From positions 61,072 through 125,071 of the forward strand of contig DJVG01000034.1 in assembly GCA_002441095.1 (NCBI GenBank): DNA of 64,000 bases. The letters run 5' to 3'. Below, piece after piece: positions 44,495-54,001 of the stretch (position 1 is its first letter; every line of letters starts with the position of its first letter). Both the position numbers and the translations under genes were made by a program. The notes below the pieces were generated by a model. It was not told the DNA's origin. It saw only the letters and a program-made list of their open reading frames with translations, and did no database searches. This DNA comes from Elusimicrobia bacterium UBA6262 (GTDB taxonomy: Bacteria; CAYTYR01; UBA6262).

Positions 44495-45223
44495 TTAACC
44501 TGCTAATTTTACCGCATCTTCCAATTTTAAAGTGTCCGTATATAAGGCCTTGCCGATAACCATTCCCTCTACTCCATACTTTTCAATTTCAATGATCTTT
44601 TCCACATCTTTGATCGTAGAGATCCCGCCAGCAGCAATGACTGCTATCCCGCCTTTTTGGGCCATCGATTTAATACCTTTAATATTCGGCCCTTCCATCA
44701 TTCCGTCACGGCTAATATCGGTATAAAGGATCTCCTTGACCCCGGCTGCTTTCATCTTTTTAGCCAGGTCAGCGGCATTTACTTCGGTATCATCTTTCCA
44801 GCCGCCGATAGATATTTTGCCTTTCTTGGCGTCTATAGCGACAATGATCTTATCACCATATTTTTTCAGGGCCTCATCCAGTAATGGCTGATTGGTAATA
44901 GCGATAGTTCCCAGGATCACTTTACTGGCCCCGGCAGAAATTACCTTATCGATCATTTCCATTTTTCGCATCCCGCCGCCTACCTGGACCGGCATGTTCA
45001 CTTCCTTACAGATCTTCTCGATGATTTCCAGGTTTTGGACCACTCCGGCAAAAGCGCCATCCAAATCTATGATATGCAGCCGTTTTGCCCCTTTAGCCTG
45101 AAACAACTTAGCGATAAATAGCGGGTCCTTGGAATAGATTGTTTCCTGTTCAAGCTTGCCCTGTTCCAACCTGACACACTGGCCGCCGCGCAAGTCTATA
45201 GCCGGAATTATCATCATTTTCAT
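44495..45223 (-). CDS. hisA: ProFAR isomerase
   Basis: MIIPAIDLRGGQCVRL. Confidence 0.9.
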   Translation of the reverse strand: MKMMIIPAIDLRGGQCVRLEQGKLEQETIYSKDPLFIAKLFQAKGAKRLHIIDLDGAFAGVVQNLEIIEKICKEVNMPVQVGGGMRKMEMIDKVISAGASKVILGTIAITNQPLLDEALKKYGDKIIVAIDAKKGKISIGGWKDDTEVNAADLAKKMKAAGVKEILYTDISRDGMMEGPNIKGIKSMAQKGGIAVIAAGGISTIKDVEKIIEIEKYGVEGMVIGKALYTDTLKLEDAVKLAG

Positions 45224-45284
45224 ACTCCTAAAGATTACACAGATTATTAAAAGATCCGCCAGAGGCGGACAGGGATTACACAGA
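45224..45284. repeat. family-K element: two GATTACACAGATTA copies flanking a ccgccagaggcgg hairpin
   Basis: GATTACACAGATTA at 45233-45246 and 45274-45287; the second copy supplies the hisH stop codon. The same 14-mer occurs twice at 31261-31296. Confidence 0.7.
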
Positions 45285-45956
45285 TTACTTACATAATCTC
45301 ACAAAATTACGCAGGATCTGTAAGCCTATTTTTTGGCTCTTCTCCGGGTGGAACTGGCAGGCAAAAAGATTCCCTTTGGCAATTGAAGAACAAAATTCAA
45401 CGCCATAATCCGTAGTCGTAGCGATAATATTTTTATCTTTGGGCCTCACATAATACGAATGCACGAAATATACATAAGCATTATTTGGAATATTTTGTAA
45501 TATTTTTAGATTTTTACTTCCTGCACGCTGTACGCTATACGCTATACGCTGATTTATTTGATTCCACCCCATGTGGGGGATCTTTAAACCTGTCACGGGT
45601 TGCGGGTCGCGAGTCGCGAGTTTAGAGAAATTGAAGCGGGGGACAGTGCCTTTAACAATACCAAGGCCTTTACAGCCGCCGCCTTCTTCACTGGTCTCAA
45701 ACAGCAGTTGCAATCCCAGGCAGATACCCAGAAAAGGCTTATCCGCAGCAATAGTTTTCTTGATACTGCTGATCACTTTGGCCTTTTGCAGGGCTTGCAT
45801 GGCATCCGGCATCGCTCCTACGCCAGGCAGGACCACGCCAGAAGCTTTATTTATTATATCGGGGCTGGCTGTGATCTTAACTTCGGCCCCCAAACTTTCC
45901 AGGGCTTTGGCGACACTGCGCAGATTCCCCATCCCGTAATCGATTATGGCAATCAT
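45285..45956 (-). CDS. hisH: imidazole glycerol phosphate synthase glutaminase subunit
   Basis: GMGNLRSV...GICLGLQLLF...HMGWNQ...FVHSYY. 223 aa against about 196 typical, with two repeat-derived in-frame segments. Confidence 0.85.
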   Translation of the reverse strand: MIAIIDYGMGNLRSVAKALESLGAEVKITASPDIINKASGVVLPGVGAMPDAMQALQKAKVISSIKKTIAADKPFLGICLGLQLLFETSEEGGGCKGLGIVKGTVPRFNFSKLATRDPQPVTGLKIPHMGWNQINQRIAYSVQRAGSKNLKILQNIPNNAYVYFVHSYYVRPKDKNIIATTTDYGVEFCSSIAKGNLFACQFHPEKSQKIGLQILRNFVRLCK

Positions 45957-46065
45957 TGCTTATTCCTTAGCTGTAAAGCTGTAGAAGTTCTGCCTCGAAG
46001 TCCGGCAAGATGTAAAGATATAGAGAGGCATGCTTCTTTACAGCTGTACATCTCTACAGCTGCTC
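45957..46065. repeat. family-C palindromic element
   Basis: gctgtaaagctgtagaagtt...cttctttacagctgtacatctctacagctg. Confidence 0.65.
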
Positions 46066-46668
46066 TTAGATTCTACCTTTTGTAGACGGTATTCCTTTAA
46101 TTCTCGGGTCTACTTTGGTGGCCGTATCCAGCGCCCGGGCCAGGGCCTTGAACAGCGCTTCCAAAATATGGTGCAGGTCCTCGCCGGCTAAAATATCAAT
46201 ATGGGCATTGATACCGGCATGCTGGCAGAACGAACGCAAAAAATGCTTGGCATCTTCAAAACTGTATCCTTTTTTATCGCGCACAGGCAAGGTAACATTC
46301 TTATCTACGGTAATATAGAGTGACGGGCGTCCGCTGACATCCATGGTGATCCTGGCTAAAGCTTCATCCATCGGCACTCCTGCCCCGGCAAACCGCTTGA
46401 TGCCTTTTTTATCTCCCAGGGCCCGGTCAAAGGCCTGGCCCAGGCAAATCCCCACGTCTTCATTGGTGTGATGTATATCCACATCCAGGTCTCCTTTGGC
46501 TTTGATCTCCAGGTCAAACAAACCATGTTTGGCAAATAAGCCCAGCATATGATCCAGGAAAGCGATGCCGGTTTTAATATTATAATCCCCACGGCCATCA
46601 ATATTCAGGTTAAGCTGGATCTTGGTTTCCCTGGTATCGCGCTTTATTGCCGCTGTGCGTTTAATCAT
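46066..46668 (-). CDS. hisB: imidazoleglycerol-phosphate dehydratase
   Basis: ...DxHHxxE motifs (VDIHHTNED). Confidence 0.85.
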   Translation of the reverse strand: MIKRTAAIKRDTRETKIQLNLNIDGRGDYNIKTGIAFLDHMLGLFAKHGLFDLEIKAKGDLDVDIHHTNEDVGICLGQAFDRALGDKKGIKRFAGAGVPMDEALARITMDVSGRPSLYITVDKNVTLPVRDKKGYSFEDAKHFLRSFCQHAGINAHIDILAGEDLHHILEALFKALARALDTATKVDPRIKGIPSTKGRI

Positions 46669-47720
46669 TTTTTCCCTCTCATAAAGTTTTTTACTTCCGC
46701 CATGAATTTTTTATTTTCCGGAGGAGTGCCCACAGTCACCCTTAAATAATCCCGCAGGTAGCTTTCGCTAAAGACTTTGACCAGGATTTTCTTTTTCAGC
46801 AGGTATTTATATAGTTCCTGCGCCTGGTTGCAGGAGAATAGGATGAAATTGGTTTCACTGGGGTACGGGGAAACCATTTTTTTCAACTCTTCCATCATGG
46901 CAGCCCGTTCTGCCTTGATAATATCCACGGTTTTACTGATCCTCTTGCTGTTCTTTACGATGATTTCAGCTGCTGCCTGACTTAGGGCATTTACATTATA
47001 AGGCAGTTTTACCTTGGCCACTTCTTTAATTACTTCCTGGCTGCCTACCATATACCCCACCCGCAGGCCGGCCAGGCCAAAAGCTTTTGATAAAGTCCTG
47101 AGCACGATAATATTCTCATATTCTGCTATCTGGTTAATAAAAGAACGATTAGAAAATTCAAAATAGGCTTCATCTATCACTACGATGCCCCTGGATTTTT
47201 CAGCTATCTCCAGGATCTCATCCTTGTTAAAGCAGTTACTGGTAGGATTATTGGGATTGGCAATAAACACGACATCCGGATATTCTTTCAGGATCTTCCG
47301 CGCATTCAGCTGGAAGTCCTCTTCCAGGAATACTTCCCTCTTGATGCCGCCGGTTATCTGCGCCAGAATGCCATAAACAGCAAAGGTTGGGACCGGATAC
47401 ACTATCCGCTTGCCCCAACCCCCGAACGTCAACAATATCGCCAGGATCAATTCATCCGAACCATTGCCCAGCAGCACTTCATCCGGCGAGACTTTCAAGT
47501 ACCCGGCAATAGCTTTGCGCAAGGCCATACCTTTGGCATCCGGATACCGGTTAAAAGATATTTGCTTGATCCTTTGCAAAATTTTCTTTTTCAGGTCTCC
47601 CGGCAAATCATAGGGATTTTCCATGGCATCGAGTTTTAGATCATAGCTCACTTCCGGCACAAAATACGGTTCGAGTGTCCTGATCTCCGGCCGCACTAAT
47701 CCCTGGATATTAATTTTCAC
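46665..47720 (-). CDS. hisC: histidinol-phosphate aminotransferase
   Basis: Class-II aminotransferase; ...LSKAFGLAGLRVGY. Confidence 0.85.
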   Translation of the reverse strand: MKINIQGLVRPEIRTLEPYFVPEVSYDLKLDAMENPYDLPGDLKKKILQRIKQISFNRYPDAKGMALRKAIAGYLKVSPDEVLLGNGSDELILAILLTFGGWGKRIVYPVPTFAVYGILAQITGGIKREVFLEEDFQLNARKILKEYPDVVFIANPNNPTSNCFNKDEILEIAEKSRGIVVIDEAYFEFSNRSFINQIAEYENIIVLRTLSKAFGLAGLRVGYMVGSQEVIKEVAKVKLPYNVNALSQAAAEIIVKNSKRISKTVDIIKAERAAMMEELKKMVSPYPSETNFILFSCNQAQELYKYLLKKKILVKVFSESYLRDYLRVTVGTPPENKKFMAEVKNFMRGKK

Positions 47721-48877
47721 TTTTTACCTCTTTGGATCACGCTGGAAGCATGGAACTTAAGACCCTCTCTTTCAGCCAGGGCAATAATACTCTGGGCCGC
47801 CTTCCCCAATGCTTTCTGCGTATATTCGATAATACTGGAACGCTTCATAAAATCAGCGCTGGATAAGCCGCTGGAAAAACGGGCTGTGCCGCCGGTCGGC
47901 AGTACATGGCTCGGACCGGCATAATAATCGCCCACTGCTGTCGGGGAATAATAACCGACAAAAATAGCGCCGGCATGGATGATCTTCTTGCTCAAAGTCC
48001 GCGCATCCCGGGTCAGCAGTTCCACATGTTCGGGAGCCCGGGCATTGGTAAAGGAGATTATTTCCTCCATGGTCTTAAATACCTGGATTTTCACATTAGG
48101 GAACTTGCCGATCTTGAGCTTGACCACATCAGCCAGTTTTTTAGAACTGGTAAGCAGCAAGGCTTCTGCGCCGCTGGCATGCTCTGCCTGGGCCATCAGG
48201 TCAGAAACCACATACTCTGACCGGACCGAATCATCAGCAATAATGATCACTTCGCTCGGACCGGCAATAGAATCAATGCCCACGGTACCGAATACCAGTT
48301 TCTTGGCCATAGCCACATATGAATTTCCTGGCCCAACGATCATATCAACCATGGGAATAGTTTCTGTGCCATAAGCTAAGGCAGCTATAGCTTGCGCACC
48401 GCCGATTGAATAGACTTCCTTGATCCCGCACATGGCTGCGGTAGCCAGGACATCATGGGTCACATTACCGGGCGGGGTGACCATGGCTATCCGTTTCACT
48501 CCCGCTACCTGTGCCGGCACCGCGGTCATTAAAACAGTAGAAGGATACGGAAATTTACCGCCGGGGATATACATGCCAACGCTATCCATAGGTGTGTATT
48601 TTTCACCCAGTGTCACTCCCCTACGGGTGGCTGACCAGGATTTAGGCAATACTTTGCGTTGGAAAGTCTCAATATTCTTTTTTATCTTAATGACCGCCTG
48701 TTTGAACTCAACGGAAACCCGGTTCAGGCTTTCTTCCAAGGCCTCTTCAGGTATCCGCAGTGTTTTTGGGGTCAGGGAAAATCCGTCAAAAACCCTGGTA
48801 AATTTCAACAGGGCTTTATCCCCATCCTTCTGCACTTCATCCAGTATGGCTTTCACCATTTTTTCAACGTTTTCCAT
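47717..48877 (-). CDS. hisD: histidinol dehydrogenase
   Basis: ...SQAEH...GPSHVLPT...; 386 aa with a short N-terminus. Confidence 0.8.
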   Translation of the reverse strand: MENVEKMVKAILDEVQKDGDKALLKFTRVFDGFSLTPKTLRIPEEALEESLNRVSVEFKQAVIKIKKNIETFQRKVLPKSWSATRRGVTLGEKYTPMDSVGMYIPGGKFPYPSTVLMTAVPAQVAGVKRIAMVTPPGNVTHDVLATAAMCGIKEVYSIGGAQAIAALAYGTETIPMVDMIVGPGNSYVAMAKKLVFGTVGIDSIAGPSEVIIIADDSVRSEYVVSDLMAQAEHASGAEALLLTSSKKLADVVKLKIGKFPNVKIQVFKTMEEIISFTNARAPEHVELLTRDARTLSKKIIHAGAIFVGYYSPTAVGDYYAGPSHVLPTGGTARFSSGLSSADFMKRSSIIEYTQKALGKAAQSIIALAEREGLKFHASSVIQRGKK

Positions 48878-48897
48878 AGTAACTCCATAAAAAATTA

Positions 48898-48935
48898 TGT
48901 TTAGTTATTATACCATAAAATAGGTAAAATTGCGT
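48898..48935 (-). promoter_or_regulatory. putative his operon promoter (extended -10 TGgTATAAT)
   Basis: Minus strand reads cgcaattttacctattttaTGgTATAATaactaaac, about 30 nt upstream of the hisD ATG; the -35 is weak. Confidence 0.4.
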
Positions 48936-49098
48936 AGTTTCTGCTGAAAAAGTGCTTTCGTAGCGAAATTTTTAGTATCGAGCCGAAATAGAAGCTTATG
49001 AAGCGAGCATATCTATGGCAGTGATATGTAAGCTGAATAAACTTTTATTGCAGGCCGATAATGAAAATTGCAGCAGAAATCGACTTTTTCTGTAGAAA

Positions 49099-50364
49099 CT
49101 ACTCCCCTATTCTCTTTATTTTTGCTCCTAATTTAGCTAATTTTACTTCGATCCGCTCATAACCGCGGTCTAAATGGTAGATACGGGATATTTCTGTTTC
49201 CCCCTTGGCAACCAAACCAGCCAGGATCAAGGCCGCGCTGGCTCTCAAGTCTGTCGCCATAACCTGGGCTCCGCTTAAGGATTTCACTCCATTGACAAAG
49301 GCAATATTGCCCTTAAGAACAATGTCTGCTCCCATCCTTTGCAGTTCGCCGACATGCATAAAACGGTTCTCAAAGATCGTTTCGGTAAAGATACTCGTGC
49401 CAGGAGTAATACACATCAGGCTCATCATTTGCGCTTGCATATCTGTCGGGAATCCAGGATAGGGCATGGTCTCTACTTCCACTGGCTTAATTTTCGGCGA
49501 CCCGTCCACCAGGATATCGCCGTCCTGTTCCTTTATCTCCACTCCGGTGCTCCTCAGTTTATCGGCCAAAGCAGTCAAATGGTCAAGACGGGCATTCTTG
49601 ATCCTGATATCTCCCCCGGTAATAGCGCTGGCCACCATGAATGTGCCAGTCTCGATCCGGTCAGGGATGACGGCATGTGTACCGCTGCCCAGTTCTTTTA
49701 CCCCTTTGATGGTGATCATGCCGGTACCTGCCCCGCTGATCTGCGCGCCCAGGGTATTCAGGAAATCAGCCAGGTCTACTATCTCCGGTTCCCGGGCAGC
49801 ATTGTCGATCACGGTTTTGCCTTCAGCCAGGACAGCTGCCATCATCAGGTTCTCGGTTGCTCCGACACTGGGAAAATCCAGGGTAATCCGGTTGCCGACA
49901 AGTTTTTTCGCTTTTAAATTAACATAGCCTTTCCTGATCTCTACTTTAGCGCCTAATTTTTTGAAACCATCCAGGTGAATATTGATCGGCCGCAGGCCGA
50001 TAGCGCAGCCGCCTGGCAAAGCTACCTTGGCTTCACCCAGCCTGGCCAGCAACGGGCCAACTACCAGGACAGAAGCGCGCATGGTTTTGACCAGGTCATA
50101 CGGTGCCATATTTTTCAACGCGCCTTTAGCCTGGTAAACAAAATTATCTTTTTTCCCTTTAATATTCATACCAATGGCCCTGAGCACATCATTCATAGTA
50201 TTGATGTCCCGGAGCTGTGGTACATTGAGCAAAGTACATTCAGCATCAGTCAGTAAAGTCGCTACCTGTATCGGCAACGTGGCATTTTTACTGCCGCTGA
50301 TAGTCACTTCGCCCTTCAGTTTTTTCCCACCGGTGATGATTATTTTATCCATAATTAACCCCAA
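49099..50364 (-). CDS. murA: UDP-N-acetylglucosamine 1-carboxyvinyltransferase
   Basis: ...active-site Cys loop LPGGCAIG; 421 aa. Confidence 0.9.
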   Translation of the reverse strand: MGLIMDKIIITGGKKLKGEVTISGSKNATLPIQVATLLTDAECTLLNVPQLRDINTMNDVLRAIGMNIKGKKDNFVYQAKGALKNMAPYDLVKTMRASVLVVGPLLARLGEAKVALPGGCAIGLRPINIHLDGFKKLGAKVEIRKGYVNLKAKKLVGNRITLDFPSVGATENLMMAAVLAEGKTVIDNAAREPEIVDLADFLNTLGAQISGAGTGMITIKGVKELGSGTHAVIPDRIETGTFMVASAITGGDIRIKNARLDHLTALADKLRSTGVEIKEQDGDILVDGSPKIKPVEVETMPYPGFPTDMQAQMMSLMCITPGTSIFTETIFENRFMHVGELQRMGADIVLKGNIAFVNGVKSLSGAQVMATDLRASAALILAGLVAKGETEISRIYHLDRGYERIEVKLAKLGAKIKRIGE

Positions 50365-50469
50365 GTTCTAATTTCTAATTTCTAAACTCTAAACAATTTC
50401 AAAATTCTAATATTCAAAACGTTTTGAATTTTGGTAATTTAATATTGTTTAGGATTTCGAATTTAGTAT

Positions 50470-51348
50470 TTAGGATTTGTTCTTTGCTATTATTATTCTT
50501 TCAATTCCAGCATAATCTTTTTTAATCTCAATATTACTGAAAAGCTGCTCTTTTTCCAATAATTGCTTTATTTTCCCGGCTTGCCCATACCCTATCTCAA
50601 ACGCCAGTAAGCCTCCCGGCTGCAGGTAGTACCTGGCCTGGGGAATGATCTTGCGATAAAAATCCAGGCCGTCCTTCCCGCCATAAAGAGCGGCTTTTGG
50701 TTCATATCCGACTTCTGGCTGTAACGCAGCAAAATCTTTCTCAGTGACATACGGCGGATTAGACACGATAAAATCGAACTTTTCCTTCAGCCTGGCAAAC
50801 AAACTGCCCCTGATCAGTTTAACCTGTGTTTCTACCCGGTGTTTCTTAATATTTTTCCTGGCGATTCTGAGCGCTTTTGCCGAGGTATCTGTCCCTAGTA
50901 TGCTGGCCTGGTTCAAATTTTTAGCCAGGGCCACGACAATCGCCCCGCTCCCCACCCCAATCTCCAATATCTTTAGTTTACCAGCGACTAGCGACCAGCG
51001 ACTAGCGACTGCTTTTATTATTTCTTCTACCAGCAGCTCCGTCTCCGGCCGGGGAATGAGTACTCCTTTATTAATGAACAGGTCCAAGCCATAGAATTGC
51101 GCATTCTTTAAAATATAGCTAGCTGGTATCCTCTGGCGACGCAATACAATATATTTTTTGAAACACGTTAAGTCTTTTTTGGCTATTTCTTTTTCTTTTT
51201 TCAGGAACAGGTCCAGTTTTTTCATTCTCAGTGCCTGGGAAAGCAGCAACTGCGCTTCCAAAGCCGGCTCAGGCACCCTGGCTTGGGTTAATTGTTCAAT
51301 CCCCCATTCTAATAATGTGCTAATCCGAGAGCCATTTATAATACTCAT
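50470..51348 (-). CDS. prmC: peptide chain release factor N5-glutamine methyltransferase
   Basis: LIPRPETE...[11 protein letters not shown]...IVSNPPYV. Confidence 0.85.
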   Translation of the reverse strand: MSIINGSRISTLLEWGIEQLTQARVPEPALEAQLLLSQALRMKKLDLFLKKEKEIAKKDLTCFKKYIVLRRQRIPASYILKNAQFYGLDLFINKGVLIPRPETELLVEEIIKAVASRWSLVAGKLKILEIGVGSGAIVVALAKNLNQASILGTDTSAKALRIARKNIKKHRVETQVKLIRGSLFARLKEKFDFIVSNPPYVTEKDFAALQPEVGYEPKAALYGGKDGLDFYRKIIPQARYYLQPGGLLAFEIGYGQAGKIKQLLEKEQLFSNIEIKKDYAGIERIIIAKNKS

Positions 51349-52418
51349 TTGTCTTTGCGTTCCCGCAATTGTTTTAGTTTCGCTTCTTCTTCCGCCGCCA
51401 TCATTCCGTTGACCAGTTCATCGATCTCGCCTTCCATTATGGTTGGAAGATTATGGCAGGATAATCCGATCCTGTGGTCCGTGATCCGGTCCTGGGGAAA
51501 ATTATAGGTCCGTATTTTCTCGCTGCGGTCACCAGAACCGATCTGTGACTTGCGATTCACTGATAAAGCTTTATCCTTTTCTTCCCGTTCCCGTTCCAAC
51601 AACCTGGCCATCAGCACTTTCATGGCTTTGGCCCGGTTTTTGATCTGGGAACGTTCATCCTGACATTGCACGATCAACCCAGTAGGTAAATGAATAATAC
51701 GCACCGCTGAATATGTGGTGTTTACGCACTGGCCGCCTGGCCCGCCGGCGCAATAGGTATCTATCCGCAAATCTTCAGGATTTATTTTGATATCCACGTC
51801 TTCAGCTTCCGGCAATACAGCTACCGTCACGGTAGAAGTATGTACCCGGCCGCTGGCTTCAGTCTCCGGCACCCGCTGCACCCGGTGCACGCCGCTCTCA
51901 AATTTGAGATGCTTAAATACATCCGTGCCGCTGATATTGAAGATCACTTCCTTGAAACCATTCTTGTCCGTGGCATGTGAATCAAGGACATCCACTTTCC
52001 AGCCCATTTTCCCCGCATATTTTGTGTACATGCGGTATAATTCAGCCGCAAACAAGGCTGCCTCTTCCCCTCCGGCGCCAGCCCGTATTTCCATGATTAT
52101 ATCTTTGGGGTCATCCGGGTCAGGAGGTATGAGCATGGTCGTGAGCTCTTTTTCCAGGATCTCTTTTTGCCGGCTGAGTTCGGGTAATTCTTCCTGCGCC
52201 AGGGCTTTCATCTCTTCATCCTGCCCGCTCAGCATTTCTTGCACATGCTTTAGCTCTGCCAGGACTTTCGTATATTCGGTATACTTGACTACGGTTTTCT
52301 GCAGTCCGGCATGTTCTTTGGCTAATTTCTGAAAATCCTGCCCGCTCACTGTCCCATTGGAAAGCAATTGGCTCAATTCTTCATATCTTTGTTTTATTTT
52401 TTCTAATTTCTCCAACAT
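51345..52418 (-). CDS. prfA: peptide chain release factor 1
   Basis: GGQCVNTT (GGQ), RVQRVPETE tripeptide region; 4-bp overlap with prmC. Confidence 0.85.
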   Translation of the reverse strand: MLEKLEKIKQRYEELSQLLSNGTVSGQDFQKLAKEHAGLQKTVVKYTEYTKVLAELKHVQEMLSGQDEEMKALAQEELPELSRQKEILEKELTTMLIPPDPDDPKDIIMEIRAGAGGEEAALFAAELYRMYTKYAGKMGWKVDVLDSHATDKNGFKEVIFNISGTDVFKHLKFESGVHRVQRVPETEASGRVHTSTVTVAVLPEAEDVDIKINPEDLRIDTYCAGGPGGQCVNTTYSAVRIIHLPTGLIVQCQDERSQIKNRAKAMKVLMARLLEREREEKDKALSVNRKSQIGSGDRSEKIRTYNFPQDRITDHRIGLSCHNLPTIMEGEIDELVNGMMAAEEEAKLKQLRERKDK

Positions 52419-52537
52419 TTGAAACCTTTCTGTTGCGAATTACGCGAATTAAAAGACGCGAATTACACGAATGTTCTTATTCGAGGTATTCGCTGTCCTG
52501 CCTACCGGCAGGCAGGCATTCGAGTTATTCGTATTAT

Positions 52538-53473
52538 CTAGGGACAAACTTCCAGCGTATTATCGGTTCCTTGCGCTCTGGTTGATTCTAAACGCAGTAC
52601 TTCCTTCAGCGCCGCGATAGCTACTTCCAGCTGCTTATCATCCGGCTCCTTGGTAGTCATGTTTTGCAGCCACAATCCGGGAGCGATCAGCAAGTTAGTG
52701 AACATGTTTCTCTTCCGGTCCGCCCACTTGATGATCTCATAGCTCAAGCCGGCGATCAGCGGGATAAAAATAATACGGATGCCTATTTTAACCAGGGTTT
52801 GGTATAATTTTGGCCATTCTTTACTGATCGGTATCATGGAAAACATGATGATCGCTACAACCATAACCACCATTAAAAAAGCCGTGCCGCAGCGCGGATG
52901 CAGCGGGGAATACTTACGGGTATTTTCCACGGTCAACTCTTCTTTGGCTTCATGGGTAAATACGGCTTTATGTTCTGCCCCATGATATTGGAAGACCCGC
53001 CTGATATCTGCCATCATGCTGATGATATAGATATAGCTGATAAAGAATAATATCCTGATCAACCCATCTATCACGTTGAACAAGAATCCATAGCTCACCA
53101 GCCTGGCGGTAAGGAAATAAGGGAGGACCACGAACAGGCCGATGCCAAAAGCAAAGGCAAAAGCAAAGGTGCCGACCCACATCCAGGTATTGTCTTTCTT
53201 TTTATCTTCCTGCAGGTCCACCATCTGGACATCAGCGGAATAATTCAGGGCTTTGACTCCCAGCACCAGGCTTTCTATTAAAACCACTATGCCCCGTAAA
53301 ATAAATTTCTTGAATACAGGATATTTTCTCGCGATAGACCTGACTTTATCAGTCTTCATGACGATCTCGCCCTGCGGATTTCGCACCGCTACAGCATAGT
53401 AATGCGGCGAACGCATCATCACGCCTTCTAAGACAGCCTGCCCGCCTATTTTGATCTCTTTAATATCAGTCAC
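52538..53473 (-). CDS. DUF1385 (YqhQ-like) membrane protein
   Basis: HGAEHK motif and multi-TM C-terminus; a common neighbour of rpmE/prfA. Confidence 0.6.
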   Translation of the reverse strand: MTDIKEIKIGGQAVLEGVMMRSPHYYAVAVRNPQGEIVMKTDKVRSIARKYPVFKKFILRGIVVLIESLVLGVKALNYSADVQMVDLQEDKKKDNTWMWVGTFAFAFAFGIGLFVVLPYFLTARLVSYGFLFNVIDGLIRILFFISYIYIISMMADIRRVFQYHGAEHKAVFTHEAKEELTVENTRKYSPLHPRCGTAFLMVVMVVAIIMFSMIPISKEWPKLYQTLVKIGIRIIFIPLIAGLSYEIIKWADRKRNMFTNLLIAPGLWLQNMTTKEPDDKQLEVAIAALKEVLRLESTRAQGTDNTLEVCP

Positions 53474-53525
53474 TATTTACTCCTCTACCCAAGTACCAAT
53501 ATCGGTTCCAGGGTATGTAATTAAA

Positions 53526-53556
53526 CAACAAGGACAGAGTTCATCTGTCCTTGTTG
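53526..53556 (-). terminator. putative rho-independent terminator downstream of rpmE
   Basis: Perfect 13-bp stem caacaaggacaga / tctgtccttgttg with loop gttca. On the minus strand it is followed by TTTAATT. Confidence 0.4.
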
Positions 53557-53576
53557 TTGGTACATATATGGATTAG

Positions 53577-53894
53577 CTAAGAGTTCTGTTTTTCGGTCTC
53601 AGCAGCCGGCATTTCTTTTTTTACTTTTTTAATGCTGGCTTTTTCTTTGGCCGCGGCTTTCGCCTTTTTCCCTTTTGCTCTCTTTACTTCGCCGGTCTTC
53701 TTAGCCATTTTCTTCTGGAATCTTTCCACCATGCCGGCGGTGTCTACCAGCTTCTGCTTGCCGGTATAAAACGGATGGCAAGCGGAACAGATTTCTACGT
53801 GAATGTTTTGCTTGGTTGACCGTGTCGGGTAGGTGGCTCCGCAGGCGCACTTGATCACAGTCTCCTTATACTCTGGATGTATTCCCTCTTTCAT
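53577..53894 (-). CDS. rpmE: 50S ribosomal protein L31 with a Lys-rich C-terminal extension
   Basis: MKEGIHPEY...CxC...[13 protein letters not shown]. Confidence 0.85.
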   Translation of the reverse strand: MKEGIHPEYKETVIKCACGATYPTRSTKQNIHVEICSACHPFYTGKQKLVDTAGMVERFQKKMAKKTGEVKRAKGKKAKAAAKEKASIKKVKKEMPAAETEKQNS

Positions 53895-53915
53895 GAACGT
53901 CTTCCTCCTCTTTTT

Positions 53916-53993
53916 AGCGGGTAGCGTTTAGCGGGTAGCGTATAGAAAATCAATATTCTTTTCCTATACGCTATACGCCATACGCTATACGCT
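53916..53993. repeat. family-B palindromic element
   Basis: gcgggtagcgtttagcgggtagcgtatag-aaaatcaatattctttt-cctatacgctatacgccatacgctatacgc. Confidence 0.75.
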
Positions 53994-54001
53994 GTTTTAT
54001 T

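Noticed and set aside
47717-48877. Possible N-terminally truncated hisD (386 aa against about 430)
   Set aside because: An extended -10 promoter and a GGAG RBS sit immediately upstream of the listed ATG. The conserved HisD core begins at the usual point, so a short N-terminus is more likely than truncation.
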